Source: the human T2T-CHM13v2.0 reference genome, Homo sapiens. Taken from it: a DNA stretch of 64,000 nt. Position numbers and translations under genes: made by a program. The stretch's first letter is position 1. Each line of letters opens with the position of its first letter. Shown piece by piece: positions 40,488 through 53,911 of the stretch. Location: assembly GCF_009914755.1 (NCBI RefSeq), contig NC_060930.1. One strand, given 5' to 3'. The notes beneath the pieces were generated by a model. The model was not told the origin of the DNA and did no database searches. It saw nothing but the letters and a program-made list of their open reading frames with translations.

Positions 40488-42542
40488 AAAAAGAAATGTT
40501 TAAGAAACCCCTTGTCCTATTCGGGAAAAATAAAATAATCCTCTCTGAATCTCTGCAACATACCATGGAGACTTTTGCCCTCTTTGGCAACGAGAGACGT
40601 AAGAACAATAGATTTAGTCTAGGTGTAAGTTCTAAAAGCTATGGCATCTTACAAATGTAGTTTTAACCGTTTTCATCTGGTAAAAACAATAAGAAAAACT
40701 GAGTGTCTTTTGAGTGACAAAGCTTCTAAATCCTTAAGCTATGTTTTTTTTAAGATTTGGACATGTATGGAAAGAAAGTGCGTACCTGGCCCACTTGAGA
40801 TTCTTTGCTGGATCATCTAAGATGCTCTTTGGAAAAGAACTCACATTGAAAGAAGAGAAAACTGAGGTATATAAGCTTGGTTTTCAAACCACTATTTTGC
40901 CTATTAACAGCTAATACTATTCCTACTGTTCTCTAGCTGCACCTCTGCCAGAGTCCACAGGAGTTGAGACTAATGAAATTGAAGAGCTGTTTTACCAGCA
41001 TTTTTGTATGACACAGAGCAGCACTATATTGTACTTTATGTACCTCTAGTGCCACTGGGGTACTCTACTGGAAAGGAGTTTTGTGACTCACTAGAGCTCA
41101 AAATGGACCAACTAAACATCAAGACAGGTCCACCTACATGTGCAATGGAGAAGAAGCAACGAGATACCTGGCACCTGACCATTAGGAGTGACAGGAAGCT
41201 GACTGACCCAAACAGAAGAGACAAATGGCAATGCCTCCAGGTGCATCAGCTGGTACATATGGGTTAACTCTGATAGATTCTAATTTAATAGCCCTAAATT
41301 AGAAGGGGGGAGAACTGGGGATCCAAAAAGGAAAAAAAAATACGGCTACTATATATTGTAAGTATGAACAGAGCTTGAAAAGTATTTTTATTACTATTAT
41401 TGAAATCCAATATGGTCTTCCAAGTGCAGGAAACCTAGGTTATGCTAGAATTAAATGAACTAATGTATATGAAAGAACTTTAAAAACTGAAAATGTTTAA
41501 GACAAAATGAAATATCTGAGACAGTCCAGTTGTATAAATCTTATCAAAACTAAAAGCAAAAAATACTACTTTATGTCATGATTTCTTCCATTTTTATCAC
41601 AACTTTTATCAGTTTCATCACTGACTTTTGTCAGAAGTAACCAGCATTTGTACAGTACTATTTTGCTCAGTTTCCAATGTAGTATCTCTCCCTTTAAGAT
41701 GTATTAGCAAATAAAGTATTCTTGTGATCTCACCTTCTCCACCAATCTTAGAAACCAAAAGGTACTTTCTTCTTGATTATTACTGGTCAGAATATGGAAT
41801 GCATATATTTACCTTTCAACTCTCAGTTCCATAGAAAAAAACAGCCAAGACTATTTCTACTTCTTCAACAGTAATAGGCTTATCTTTCAAATTTTCAAGA
41901 GCAATGAATAGTCTGATATATATATATATAGATTTATCATAGAAAGCAGAAACTTGTATTTTCATAAATTGCAGTTCTCCTAGAGGAGAATATGGTTCTA
42001 CCATGTTTATAGACATTATGTATACTAATATCCACAAAGGAATATATTTAATATAGTGGTCTACCAAAATCACATCTAAATTTCCCTAGGAGAGATTAAT
42101 TTGTACTCTGAAGAACAAGTATTATGAGACATTAATACTGGCAAGTAAGAACTACGATTCTATACTAATGTAATACCTTAAGTAAATCTATGTGTGTTAT
42201 ATTACATTTCTGTATAATTATTGAATAACTATGTTAACCTGACGAAGTCAAATTACTGGACACAACCTTGTGACTGGAAACAATGTTCAAAACTGTGCAT
42301 CTTTAATGAAAAAGATGGCGTCATTCTAGAAATATTTTTTCACTTCCCATTTAAGAAAAGCATTGCTCAAACATCTAATCCTAAGCACGTCACCTAACCT
42401 CTAGTGCTATCTTTAAGATAATGGTAATACTTGCCTTTCATAGAAACTAGTGGTGAGAAAAACGAGAGAAAGATTTTATGTAGAAACCTTTGAAAACTGT
42501 AAGGTATTTTATAAATGCATGTGATGTTTATCATAATTTTAC

Positions 42543-42614
42543 CTGTTTTCCTAGCTGTCGAGCACAGATTGGACAAGGTTCTGGATTAACACCTCCCGAT
42601 GTTTTATCTTGAGA
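42543..42614 (-). CDS. SHPRH: SHPRH exon 24 (72 nt): SQDKTSGGVNPEPCPICARQLGKQ; first CxxC of the RING finger
   Basis: ttggatag acceptor, CAG|gtaaaa donor, CPIC motif. Confidence 0.96.
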
Positions 42615-42846
42615 CTATCCAAAAAAGAATTAAAAAATATATTAGTTACGTTTTTACATATAAAACCTGATATATGTTTTGCAACTCATTTATGGAAGTG
42701 AATACTGGCAATTACAATTTACATAATCTAACAATTTAGATGACCCATCGATCTCTATATTACCTAACAAGATTATTCCTGAGACTTCCTTACAAATATC
42801 ATTTATTCAAGGAGTGAACAAAAAAATGAAAACAATTTTAATCACA

Positions 42847-42980
42847 CAGGTTGAATATCCCTAATCCAAAATCTGAAATCTGAAATGCTCCAAAATCCAA
42901 ACTTTTTGAGTGCTGACATGACAATCAAGGTAAATGTTCACTGGAGCATTTCAGGTAACAGATTTTCAGATTAGGCATTT
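42847..42980. mobile_element. Tigger4a-like fragment
   Basis: caggttgaatatccctaatccaaaatctgaaatctgaaatgctccaaaatcc. Confidence 0.8.
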
Positions 42981-43459
42981 AAACAAATTGAACCAATGAA
43001 TTATTCTTTTCCTCTGTTAATTATTGATTTTTATAAGTAAATCAATAATGTATGTATATATTTGCAGTTCTATAATGTCCATTTGATCTTACCATATAGA
43101 TTCCAATTCATTTTACTATGTTGTCCACTTTTCCTTTTTACATATAATAAATCACCTACAAATTTAGTGGCTTAAAACAAACATATGATTCCCAAGATTC
43201 TACAGGTGATTTGGGGATGGGCTGAGTTGGCTGGGGTTGGATGGTCTATGATGGCCTCATGCTCATGTTTGGCAGTTGGTAGGCTATCTGGTCTGCAGGG
43301 AGGGCTGGGCTGAGCTGAGGGCTCTGCTGCTCAAGAAAGTAAACTAGGCTTTTTGAGATAGTCTCATGGAGTTCCAAAGAGCAACAAGAATGGGAGGGTC
43401 ATTGCTGTAGCACTTTGTAAACAATCTATCATAATTCACAACAGCTCTTCTTTTCCAAT

Positions 43460-43685
43460 ATGTCAATAAAGAGTTGACATTTATATAAATGGTGAGATTA
43501 TAAATATTTTAGGCCTTGTGGGCCATATGATCTGTGTTGTAACAACTCAATTCCACTAATGTGGCATGAATGCAGCCACAGACAATACGTAAATGAATGA
43601 GTGTGACCATATTCCAATAAAACTTTACTTACGAAAAAAGGCAGCGGGCTGAATTTTTCCCATGCATGGTAATTTGCAGATCCTT
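43460..43685. mobile_element. MER58A
   Basis: aaatattttaggccttgtgggccatatg...gcagccacagacaatacgtaaatgaatgagtgtg...ccaataaaacttta. Confidence 0.85.
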
Positions 43686-43699
43686 AAGTTAAAGAAGTT

Positions 43700-45300
43700 A
43701 TAAATTTTCCTCTAAGCACTGTCACATATTTTTACTTTCACTCAGTTCAGAGTATTTTCTAATTTCCATTTTGACTTCTTCTTTGACCCATGGGTTATTC
43801 AGAAGTATCCTGTCAATTTCTATTAAACTTTTAGGGATTTATCCAGTTATCTTTCCATTACTGATTTCTGGTTTAAATTCCTCTTCAGTCAGAAAACATA
43901 CTCTCACATACTTTTAAGAGCGGCTTTTTGAATTAGCATAAGGTCTATTTTGATAAATGTTCCACGTACACCTAAAAAATATGTATTCTGAAGCTGTTGG
44001 GTGTAATGGTCTGTGTCAGTTGGGTCATATTTGTTCATTAGTGTTCAAATGTTCAATATCCTTACGGACTTTCTTGTCCATTCCTCTGAAGGAATCTTAA
44101 AATAGATTAAATTATCTTAAAATAATTACATTATTTTAATAAATTTTATAAATTTTAATAAACTTATAAATAAATTTATAATAAAATATAATTATAAATA
44201 TATTTTGGCAGAATTATAAATATATAATTATAAATATAAATATTATAATACAATTATAATAAAATAAATTTTAATAAATTTAAATAAATTAAATTAAATC
44301 TTAATAATCCTCTGCTTACCTCTTTCCTTTGTGCTACTGACATATATTTTAGTTCTATATAAGTTGTATAACCCATAAGACAGCATTGTTGCTTTTAAAT
44401 AGTCAATATCCTTGCATATTTATCTACATATTTAAGCTTTTGTTCTTCATTCCTTACTGTAGTTGCATCCTTCAATCTGAAATAATTTTCCTTCCATCCA
44501 AAGAAGTTCCTTTAATATTTATTGTGATGTGTGTTTACTGGAGATGAATTCTTCCAGTTTATGTTTGTCTGAAAATATCCTTATTTCACTTTTTTTAAAA
44601 AAAGGAAATTTTCTTTAAGTATAGAACTCTAGGTTGGCTGTTTTTTTCTTTTAGCATTTTGAAGATGTTCCAATGTCAACTGGTTACATAGAGAAACTAT
44701 GGAAAATACCGAAACATCTTTAAAGGTGAAAAGAAAAACATCTCTATGTAGCCACCAGTTTTATTAGTGTTCCTTTGTAAGTATTAAATGTTTTATCTCT
44801 CAACTTTTTTTATTTCTATTTTTCATTATTTTTGGTTTCCAGCAGTTTGACTATGATGTATCTAGGCAGTATTTTGTTTTTTTCTTTACTTATTCTGCTT
44901 AGTGTTTCTGAACTTCTTGAATCTTTAAGATATTTGTCATAATTTTATGAGTTTTAGAAAATTCTCAGCTATTATCTCTTCAAGCTTCTGTCCTATTCTC
45001 TTTTCTTCTTGAACTTCAATTACAAGTATGCTAGATCTATGAAATTACAAGTATGCTAGATCAAACAACTGTGTCTCAAATCTCTTTTGCCCTATTTTGT
45101 TCTTTTTCTATCTATGCCACTTCAAATTGGGTATTTTCATTTGTACTGTACTTGAGTTCATGAATCCCATCTTTTTCTGTGTCTGGTCTCCAATGAGTTT
45201 TTGATTTCAGATACTGTATTTCTGCAGTTCTATAATGTTCATTTAATCCTACTGTATAGATTCCAGTTCATCTTATGTTGTCCAGTTTTCCTTTTCCTTT
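43700..45300 (-). mobile_element. Old L1M fragments
   Basis: ttcttctttgacccatgggttattcagaagt and aaattctcagctattatctcttcaa are reverse L1M motifs. Confidence 0.65.
44095..44306. repeat. About 210-bp nearly pure A/T low-complexity tract
   Basis: Read directly; very few G/C bases. Confidence 0.9.
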
Positions 45301-45309
45301 CTTTCACAT

Positions 45310-45446
45310 ACAGGTTGAGCATTCCAAATCCAAAAATCTGTAATCTAAAACGCTCTAAAATCATAAACTTTTTGAGTGCTGATGCAATGCTCACAGGAAA
45401 TGCTCACTGGAGCATTTCCAGTTTTGGATTTGAGATGTTCAACCTA
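45310..45446. mobile_element. Short Tigger4a-like MITE
   Basis: caggttgagcattcc...gatgttcaacct terminal inverted repeats. Confidence 0.8.
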
Positions 45447-45791
45447 CATAAAATTGTTGACAGATATTGTTAAAGTGCTTTTAAGAAAAGCTTATATAAA
45501 TTTATATTTCCATTGGTAATGCATAAAATGTATCCATTCCCTGTCCTTTTTCACCACTGGGGTGTGTAATCATTTAAAAAATCTGTGCCTAATTGTTGGC
45601 AGAAAATAGCACCTGTGTAATTTGATTTTCCATCATTATAGATTAAATGCTTTTTCTTTTATTAACAGCCAAATTGGATTTTCTTAGGTAGAATATTTAT
45701 ATCCTTAAAATTTTAGGTTTTAAAAAATATTTTAACATATAAACAATGACGTACAAGATAACTGTCTTTTTATTTTGACTATCATATTTAA

Positions 45792-46122
<331 letters not shown>

Positions 46123-46229
46123 TGTGTTATCTTCTTAATGTTAGCAATTTGCATGAAACTTTTTAATTTTTTTCTTCTTTTTATCTTTCAGAATAAGTGT
46201 TGGTAATCATAACAGTAATAATGATCTTA

Positions 46230-46480
46230 ATAATATTAATAGCAGCAAAAACCTAGAAAGTGCTTAATAGATCAGAAACTACTCTAGCATTTTACATGTA
46301 TTAATTCACACAATCCTCAAGACAGCCCTATACTATAAAGTAGTGTTGACATCATTCTCATTTTACTGATGATGCGAGGAAAGGTGAATAACTTAAATAA
46401 AGTCACATATCTAGAAAACAGTTGAGTCACGATTCAAAATTGGGCTGTCCAGTTCCAAAGTCTACCTTCTTAGTCGCCAT
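46230..46480 (-). mobile_element. MIR
   Basis: cattctcattttactgatga...ggtgaataactt...aagtcaca. Confidence 0.7.
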
Positions 46481-47195
46481 GCTATATCTATAATGAATGT
46501 CTAACTTTTCATTTTGTCTGAGATTTACTGATTCACTTAAGTATATGTTATACCAGTTTCCAGAAGAATTCAAATCTATATCTTGTCCTCACTTGCCCTA
46601 TCCAAATATTTACTACTATATCTTGCCCCTAGAAGGTTCTCTGCCAACTAGCAAAATATGATTCCTGCAATAAAATGAAATTATATTTAATCAATGACCC
46701 ACCAATTCATCAGTGTCCAGTATAATACTCAGATCATAACTCAGAACATGTGTTTTGAATTACTTAATATTTGAAGTCTACCTTTATTACCATGTACTCT
46801 GATTTAGTAGCTTTCGAAACACACTTCAGTTTCAAATAACAAATTACAACATATTTTTGTATTGATGAATGAATGCATGTGTATAAATTGCATTATGCCA
46901 GTTTCACCGAGATATGTTTTAATACTTTTACTATTCAAGGCTTTGAACTACAGTCCATTTACATTGTTCTCTACTATCGAGTGCATGCCTTCTATATCAT
47001 CTGCATAATAAATTTCTATAGATACAATATTCTTTTGTGATCTCTGAAGCTATTGTAGAGACATAGGTAGTGTTCTGACTCATATAACACCAAATACTAA
47101 TTACAACAATTTGCACCATTAATTATGAAAGGAGTCACTAAAGTGGTTTATGATAATGCAGCATAGGAAAAAGTAGCATGTCTTAGAAACAATAC

Positions 47196-47297
47196 CTTCT
47201 CCAAATTAGTTAGGTAAAGAAGCTGCCCAAGTTTTTTCTGAAGCTGTGATGTAGCAACAGCTTTATCATTTAGTAGTTTTATTCGGTTTTGTTCTAC
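47196..47297 (-). CDS. SHPRH: SHPRH exon 23 (102 nt): VEQNRIKLLNDKAVATSQLQKKLGQLLYLTNLEK
   Basis: ttctttag acceptor, AAG|gtattg donor, 34 codons. Confidence 0.96.
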
Positions 47298-48412
47298 CTA
47301 AAGAAAATAAAAATAAAAACTTCTTTATTCTTTCAGAAAGACAGTTAAATTATATTAAATATGGACAATTCTCCAGTAATACAAATGTATTGTTTTTAAA
47401 AAAAACCTATTTACATTCTAAAACACAAGTTTTCAAAATGGATACTAGATAATATATTTCAAATGATTTTTTTTTTTTTTTGCTTTATGAAAGGCACAAT
47501 TCAATGCAGAGTTCTTTTAAACAGGAAGTGTCCCTATGTACCTGAAGTCAGATAAAAATAAACTCAAATTCTATTATGTACCATTTTTTTCAGTAATACA
47601 TACACGGGATAAAGAAAAGTTAAATGATCTGTTGCTCTGGCCTCAGTGATTTCATGAAATCCAGGAAAGAATTTCTCTGCCCTTCTTTCCTCTGTCCCCC
47701 TGGTAGAATACAGCAGACAGAGAAGGAACACTCAAACAAGACGAATTTATTTTCTCAGAAAAACTTCTTCAGAATTCACATTTAAGTGAGATAGTATATA
47801 ATGAATATATCTACATTTTTCCAAGTTACAGTCTCCAAGCTGTACAGAAACAGACTTAAGGCACTAAACAAATAAGGAATAAAAATGAATTATAAAGGAA
47901 ATAATATCTTTTAATGGAGAATAAAAGAGATTGGTGGAGTAATGCTTTTAAACCTGAGTTACAAAGACAAAGTTATTAGAAGGTAAGTTGTTAATATTAG
48001 TTCATCATTAGCAAAAGAAACACTGCAAAAGAAAAGGTTTCAGTTGTTTTTAAGGAAGATTTTTCTAGTTCTGATAAAACTGAGGTGACAAAAATGTCTA
48101 AAAAGTGACTGAGAATATCTATTGGTCTTAAGCACATACAAGGTTTTAAACTCAAAAACAGATGAATGCGCAACCTGGAGAGAAACAAGATGCCCCAAAA
48201 TAGTGAACACTAAGCATGTAATAGATATGAAATTGCTCATCTTTGACCATTTTTGGTCTATAAAGACAATTTTCTATGGGTCAAATTAAAAATGGAGATT
48301 AAATACACACTTACAGTAGAGCTCAGTGCCCTGATTCTGCCTTTTCTATGGGTCTTAGATATCTGTGACATCTGCTTGCTGTTCCCTTTTCTGTGATTTA
48401 CTTGCCAATTAC

Positions 48413-48556
48413 CTCATGTGGTTCAATGATATGAAGAACAGGCGGATTAGGCTTTGGCTCCCTAGGATCACGCACTCTTAGTCGTTCTGTAGCCATTGCA
48501 AGTTCATCAACAGCAGACACACGATTCCTCAGAGCCATCCAATATTCATGAAGCAA
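48413..48556 (-). CDS. SHPRH: SHPRH exon 22 (144 nt): LLHEYWMALRNRVSAVDELAMATERLRVRDPREPKPNPPVLHIIEPHE
   Basis: ccttcag acceptor, GAG|gtaatt donor, 48 codons. Confidence 0.96.
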
Positions 48557-50231
48557 CTGAAGGAATAGAAAAGACAAACACAGTGGTAAAGCATGTAATT
48601 AAAACTGGTTAAAACCACCAAGATGTGCCTTAAGCAAAAGTCTTCAATGAGATCTTACACTTTTTCGCTATGTGTCTAACGTACAAGTAGTTCCTGGGGT
48701 CATTTTTAGGATGAAATGTGAATGAAAAAAATCTCTATAGGACACTGCCTCTTTAGATTCTCAGTAACAGAATATAAAGATTTCTTGCTAAGACCAAAAA
48801 TCTTTATAAAGTCCAGTTTTAGGCTGACAGAATCTCTTGTTTTATTTTTTAAAAATAGTTTTATTATAACATATTTCACATATTCAACTATGTATAAATG
48901 GCAACAAGAATACTAAAATATACAATCAAGTACTCATCATTTAATTGAAGAAAGAATAATATGAATTCCTTGGAAAGGCTCTGTGTGTTCTTTCTCAACT
49001 GTATCACTCTTTCCTCACATATTCCTCCTTCAGTACCCAACCATGGGGCAACCACTATTCTGAATTGTACTTATCCTGCTACACTTTTCATTGAACTTAT
49101 ACTATGTGAAACATATTCTTAATAATTCAGTTATATATGTTTCTGAAATTCACAGAAATGGTATCAATCAGTATACATTTTTTGACAGGCTCTCTTCACT
49201 GACTTTACATTTTGAGGTAGATCTGGTAGATATGTACAGCAGGAGCTCATTCAATTGCTCTTCTGTGAAAAGGTCTGCAAAGTTATGCAGAAAATATGTA
49301 CCAAGACCTGGGAGAACTGCACAGTAAGCTCTCTTCTGGACAAAGGGTATGTGGCCAAACTGAGTCGAAAGGAAGAATACAGGGGCAACTGAACATCATA
49401 AGTAACACTTCTTCCAAGGCTTACTGTAATTAACTGTGTTAACGTGCTTTGTATTCACATGAGTAATGTGTGAGAAAAACATTATTATAAACCAATGATT
49501 TTGATGTTATAAATGTATTCCCCAATTTATGACATATGAACTGATAGTACAAATAACTATCTCTCTGCATAAAAATTTTTATCCTACTTTAAAAAGCAAG
49601 ACTTTTTAAAAAAGAAATTGAATAAAAATGTCATTATAAAAAAACACTTCTTTCCTTCCTCTACCTATGTCACCTGTAAAGCAGTACAATGGATAACTAA
49701 TCCAAATAAAACAATAATTGAAAATTAATGAATTGTGAAATCTCAAGTACAGAGGTATAATATGATGGAATCATTAAAGTACAAATATGAAAGGGCATAT
49801 CGGGCTTTATTTATTGGAATGGTTTCCAAACTTATAGGATAAGAAGTATTTACTATGTTCCCCAATCTTTAAGGTAGCTGATGCTTGCTTGTTATTCACA
49901 GAACAAAAACAAAACTCTAATTTCATATAATAGCAGTGGAAGATCAAGCTAATAATAGAATGAACACACTTTCACGGCTAAACAAAAAGTTTCATATAAG
50001 TTCCAGTTTAATAATGATTTTCTTTTAGTAATTTAATAAATAGAATGTCTTTGAGTATTATGGTATTTGCTATCCTTTATTACAACAGTTACATTTCAGG
50101 CAAAGAGAAATTATGCCACCTCAATCTCAAAAGAAGATTTTAAAAAACTGGAGAGAGAAAAAAGTAGCAGTTAAAATTGATGTAAAAAAGAAGAATTTTT
50201 AATTTTGGAAGGAAGTTTTAAAATACTATAC

Positions 50232-50457
50232 CTTATATTCCTTCTTCCATGCTTCAAAGAGATCCATTGAAGTGCTTCCTTCATCAACAAATTCAACATC
50301 AAACCTATGTGATTTTGCAAATGATAGTATTGCTTTCATAGATCGCTCTGTCTCACTTATTGCCCAGAGACCCCGGGTGGTGGTAGGTGCTCGATCATCC
50401 ACCAGTCCTTCTTCATCTTCTATCATCTCCTCAAATATTGCAGTCTGGCCTTTGACT
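50232..50457 (-). CDS. SHPRH: SHPRH exon 21 (226 nt): VKGQTAIFEEMIEDEEGLVDD...MDLFEAWKKEYK
   Basis: Lies within ORF-track 50226..50636. gttttcag acceptor, AAG|gtatag donor. Confidence 0.96.
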
Positions 50458-51350
50458 CTGAAAACATACCAGAACAAAACAACAGTAACTGGTATCAGTG
50501 AGTGAAAAGCAACCTTCAATGTGAGTTCTAAAAGAACATGTTTGCAAGTCTTTGGAAAAACCAAAGCAACCTTGAAAAAGCTGAAAACATCATAAATTTG
50601 GCCAGTTTTTTTTTTTTTAAATTCTATTATATCCACTGTAATAAACAGAAAGCTACTGATTCATTTGCCATAACAACACAAAAATCTTGTTTTCTTCCTT
50701 GACATGCAGAAGTGAACGTTTGGCAAGGAAATATGTGAGGAAAATTTCTATTTTAGAGAAGTTATATCTGTTGGAGATAAATAAACAGAATTTGGACAGA
50801 AACATGAAGAAATGTATTATTTACTTCAGTAATAACAGAAAAAGATTTGACCTAAAATAGAATAGTAATACACCTGGATGAAAGTGGACACATTTATTGT
50901 TCTAACAAGCTTCCCTCTGAGAATCCAGGTGTTTGTGACAATGTTTACTTATGGTTTCATTAAAGTAATAACATATTTGATTGTGTCATTCTTTATTCTT
51001 GAAGAAGTTATGCCGGACATTATGAGTTCTACCTTGAATAGCAGTAAAATGCTAGCAAAATCTGTATAATTCAAATCCACTGGATTCTAGAGTCTGGGAT
51101 TTTACCACTCCACAAAACTGCATCTCAATTAATTATATATTACTACACTATGAACATTTAGGGGATAACTTCTGGATAGGTAAAACTGGGCATATTAAAC
51201 AATCAAATACCAAAGGTGTACTAATCAATTTAATTAAAGAAACAATATAATAAAGGTTACTGTGGGGGAAAACATAGTCTTATATCACATAACTGAGTCT
51301 TGCAAAATGTTTCATTTTCTTGATGGGTAATAATCAAATAGAGAACTTAC

Positions 51351-51413
51351 GTGTTGGAAAATAGCTTTGATTCATACTCTGTGAACAATTCATCAGCTTT
51401 ACAAAAGACACAG
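51351..51413 (-). CDS. SHPRH: SHPRH exon 20 (63 nt): CVFCKADELFTEYESKLFSN(T)
   Basis: ttttttcag acceptor, AC|gtaagt donor. Confidence 0.96.
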
Positions 51414-51727
51414 CTGAAAAAAAAGAGATTAACAGAAATATTCACAAACATAACCAGCAATCTGGTAATTTTAAGGAGAAGCTTAATATTTTGACTTCAT
51501 TTTTCTTTCCACTAGATATGCCATTTTAGAAAAAACAAATCACATGGTTTTTCATACCTTGTCCTTGAGACTTTATTTTTCTTTAAATTAGATTAATACA
51601 TCTCTTTCTACTTCTGTCTCAATTAAAATGAAAAAACCTTTACTATATGAGTCAATTGTTTCTTCTCTAAGAAATCTAGCTTAAAGAAATGGTACCATTT
51701 CATTGTATGATTTCTTCTATTACCTAC

Positions 51728-51901
51728 CAGTTGAGAGGAAGTCTGGCTGGTCGGAGGTGACAGACTGTTGCAGACTCAATAACATTACGAGATGGAGGTC
51801 CCTCCAGGTTTTTTACAGCCTCTCTTACTAGCTTCTGGCATTTATTTAGCTCTTCCATTTGTGTTGTAAGTAAGAACTGAAGACCTCTGCAATCACGGAA
51901 C
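51728..51901 (-). CDS. SHPRH: SHPRH exon 19 (174 nt): FRDCRGLQFLLTTQMEELNKCQKLVREAVKNLEGPPSRNVIESATVCHLRPARLPLN(C)
   Basis: Lies within ORF-track 51724..52035. ggaatcag acceptor, TG|gtaggt donor. Confidence 0.95.
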
Positions 51902-52707
51902 CTGATTCCCACACCAGCACCACACACAATACAAAGAAAAGAATAATAGGTCAATTTCCTCAAATTCAGAGAATGGTTGCCAAACAAAGTGTTAAAGAAA
52001 CTGTTTGCTGTTTTTTTTTTTTTTAACAGCAACATTTGAGTGAGTTTTCCTTCAGAATGTATTCAAAGTATAATATTGGGCTGTCTACCGTAAAAGATAC
52101 CAAAAAAATTTGATAGTCCTGTGCTCAGGAACTGAAAAAGAGCATGAAAAATGTATGTCTGTCTCAGATATCTTTGAAAGTGTACGACTGCCACATTCTT
52201 CCGTTTTAAGCCTGACTACAGATAGCCTTCCTGACATCCTTGCTCTATATGAGGAGGTGCCTGCAGGATGAAACATAAAAGCAGAATATTGGGAAGAAAG
52301 AAGAAAAATGGCTAAGAGTTATATTCCTTGGTTGAATATATATATATATGTATATATACTTAATTAAATCTGTAATTATGCACTATATACGAGGCACTTT
52401 GCCAAGCACTTTTCCTGTATAATTTCAATAGTTACTAATGTGCTCACATTATGAAGTGTAAAATATTAAAGTAACTAAAGTAACAAAGGTAGGTCGCAGT
52501 TAGGAGTTAAACCCAATTATAGTACCTATAACCATTTTGATAAACTGTGAATAAAAAAGGCTGCAAAAAAGAAGTATGAATGTGTCTGTATAGGTTTATG
52601 AATGGAGAAAAAAAGCCGGTAATAATGAGAAATTAGAAACTAGAAAATACAAGGATTTCTTTGCTTTTAAAATTATGAGTAGATACTTTTTCTTCCTGTT
52701 TTCTTAC

Positions 52708-52850
52708 TTCTCTGACATAGAAAGCTTGCCAGTTTGTTGCTTGTAGTTGCTGGTTATTTCATTTCGCACTCGCTGAACTAGCTCCTCATCAATAGTAAAT
52801 TCTATTGCTCTGTGGATCACATTTAGCCACCAAGGAGAATTAGAATGAAT
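52708..52850 (-). CDS. SHPRH: SHPRH exon 18 (143 nt): IHSNSPWWLNVIHRAIEFTIDEELVQRVRNEITSNYKQQTGKLSMSE(K)
   Basis: ttttttacag acceptor, AA|gtaaga donor. Confidence 0.96.
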
Positions 52851-53803
52851 CTGTAAAAAAGGTAGCAGTTAATCAATTAATACATTTTTTTTAGTACTCA
52901 CTAAGCTTCCATCACTGGGCAGGGTGATGCCAAAATTCAAAGAAAGTAATAAATGCTATTCTCAAAGGGACTATCACAGAGGGGAGACGAGTATACATAT
53001 TCCATGTACAATGCTCGCTTCCTCTTTTGAAAATATAATTAAAGAGAAACCCCTATTTCCTAACTACTCTGGATAAATGGGAATTTATTGAATGCATTTA
53101 TATAACAAAGCTGTAACTAAAAAAACTGTTTACGCCAAATGAAAATTCAATACTCAATCTATATGTGTGAAAAGGTCACAGGTCTCTTTATCAGCATAAG
53201 AAAGAAAGCCTTCATTCTAATCTTTAACTAACTGAACCAGATTCTACTTAATGAATAATCCACAATAACTCACAAAATTATATCCCAGAATACTAAATAA
53301 TGAATGAATTAGAAAGACAAAAATTTGCAACACCTGATTTAAAAACTGAAAATAAAAGTGTATTTGTGTAACCTCTTTAGATTTTGCTGCTGATTTCATA
53401 AAACTGAAATTTTAGAAATGACAAGTGGTATATATTCTGCAGGAAAAATACCTGTGGTTCTAATGTATTAACATTTTAAAACATCTCAGAAACAAGATAA
53501 AAAGGAGGTTATAGAAGTCTTTACTTTCTTCAAAAGACAACTGTTATATACTCATGGTAAGAGAAAACCCATGAGTTCAAAAGAAAGAGAACTCAAAATA
53601 GTTGACTTATTTATGCATCTGTTCACTCAACCAATAAATCATTGCTAACAGTAAAATAAACTTGTATTGTGGGTCAGGCAATGTGCTAGGTGCTAAGGAT
53701 TTCAAAATGTATAAGAAATTCAAGTTTCTCCCCACCAAAAAACCAAAACTCAAAATGATATCTGGAGGCAAATACAAGTAAGAAACACTGCATTTTGGCA
53801 TAC

Positions 53804-53911
53804 CTTTCTTTGAAGCTCATGGATGGTCTGCTGCACAGGATATAAAGCTTGCTGGGCTTCAGCAACTTCTGTATTACACTTGCTCATGTAGTGCTCTCGC
53901 AGCTGTTTGGC
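53804..53911 (-). CDS. SHPRH: SHPRH exon 17 (108 nt): AKQLREHYMSKCNTEVAEAQQALYPVQQTIHELQRK
   Basis: caacacag acceptor, AAG|gtatgc donor, 36 codons. Confidence 0.96.

Noticed and set aside
41813-41915. Exon-like segment with AAG|gtaaat donor in intron 24
   Set aside because: The acceptor is preceded by (TA)n rather than a pyrimidine tract.
52089-52280. Good minus-strand acceptor (tttatgtttcatcctgcag, edge 52260) in intron 18
   Set aside because: The best nearby donor (ACG|gtagac) is weak, so an exon cannot be called.
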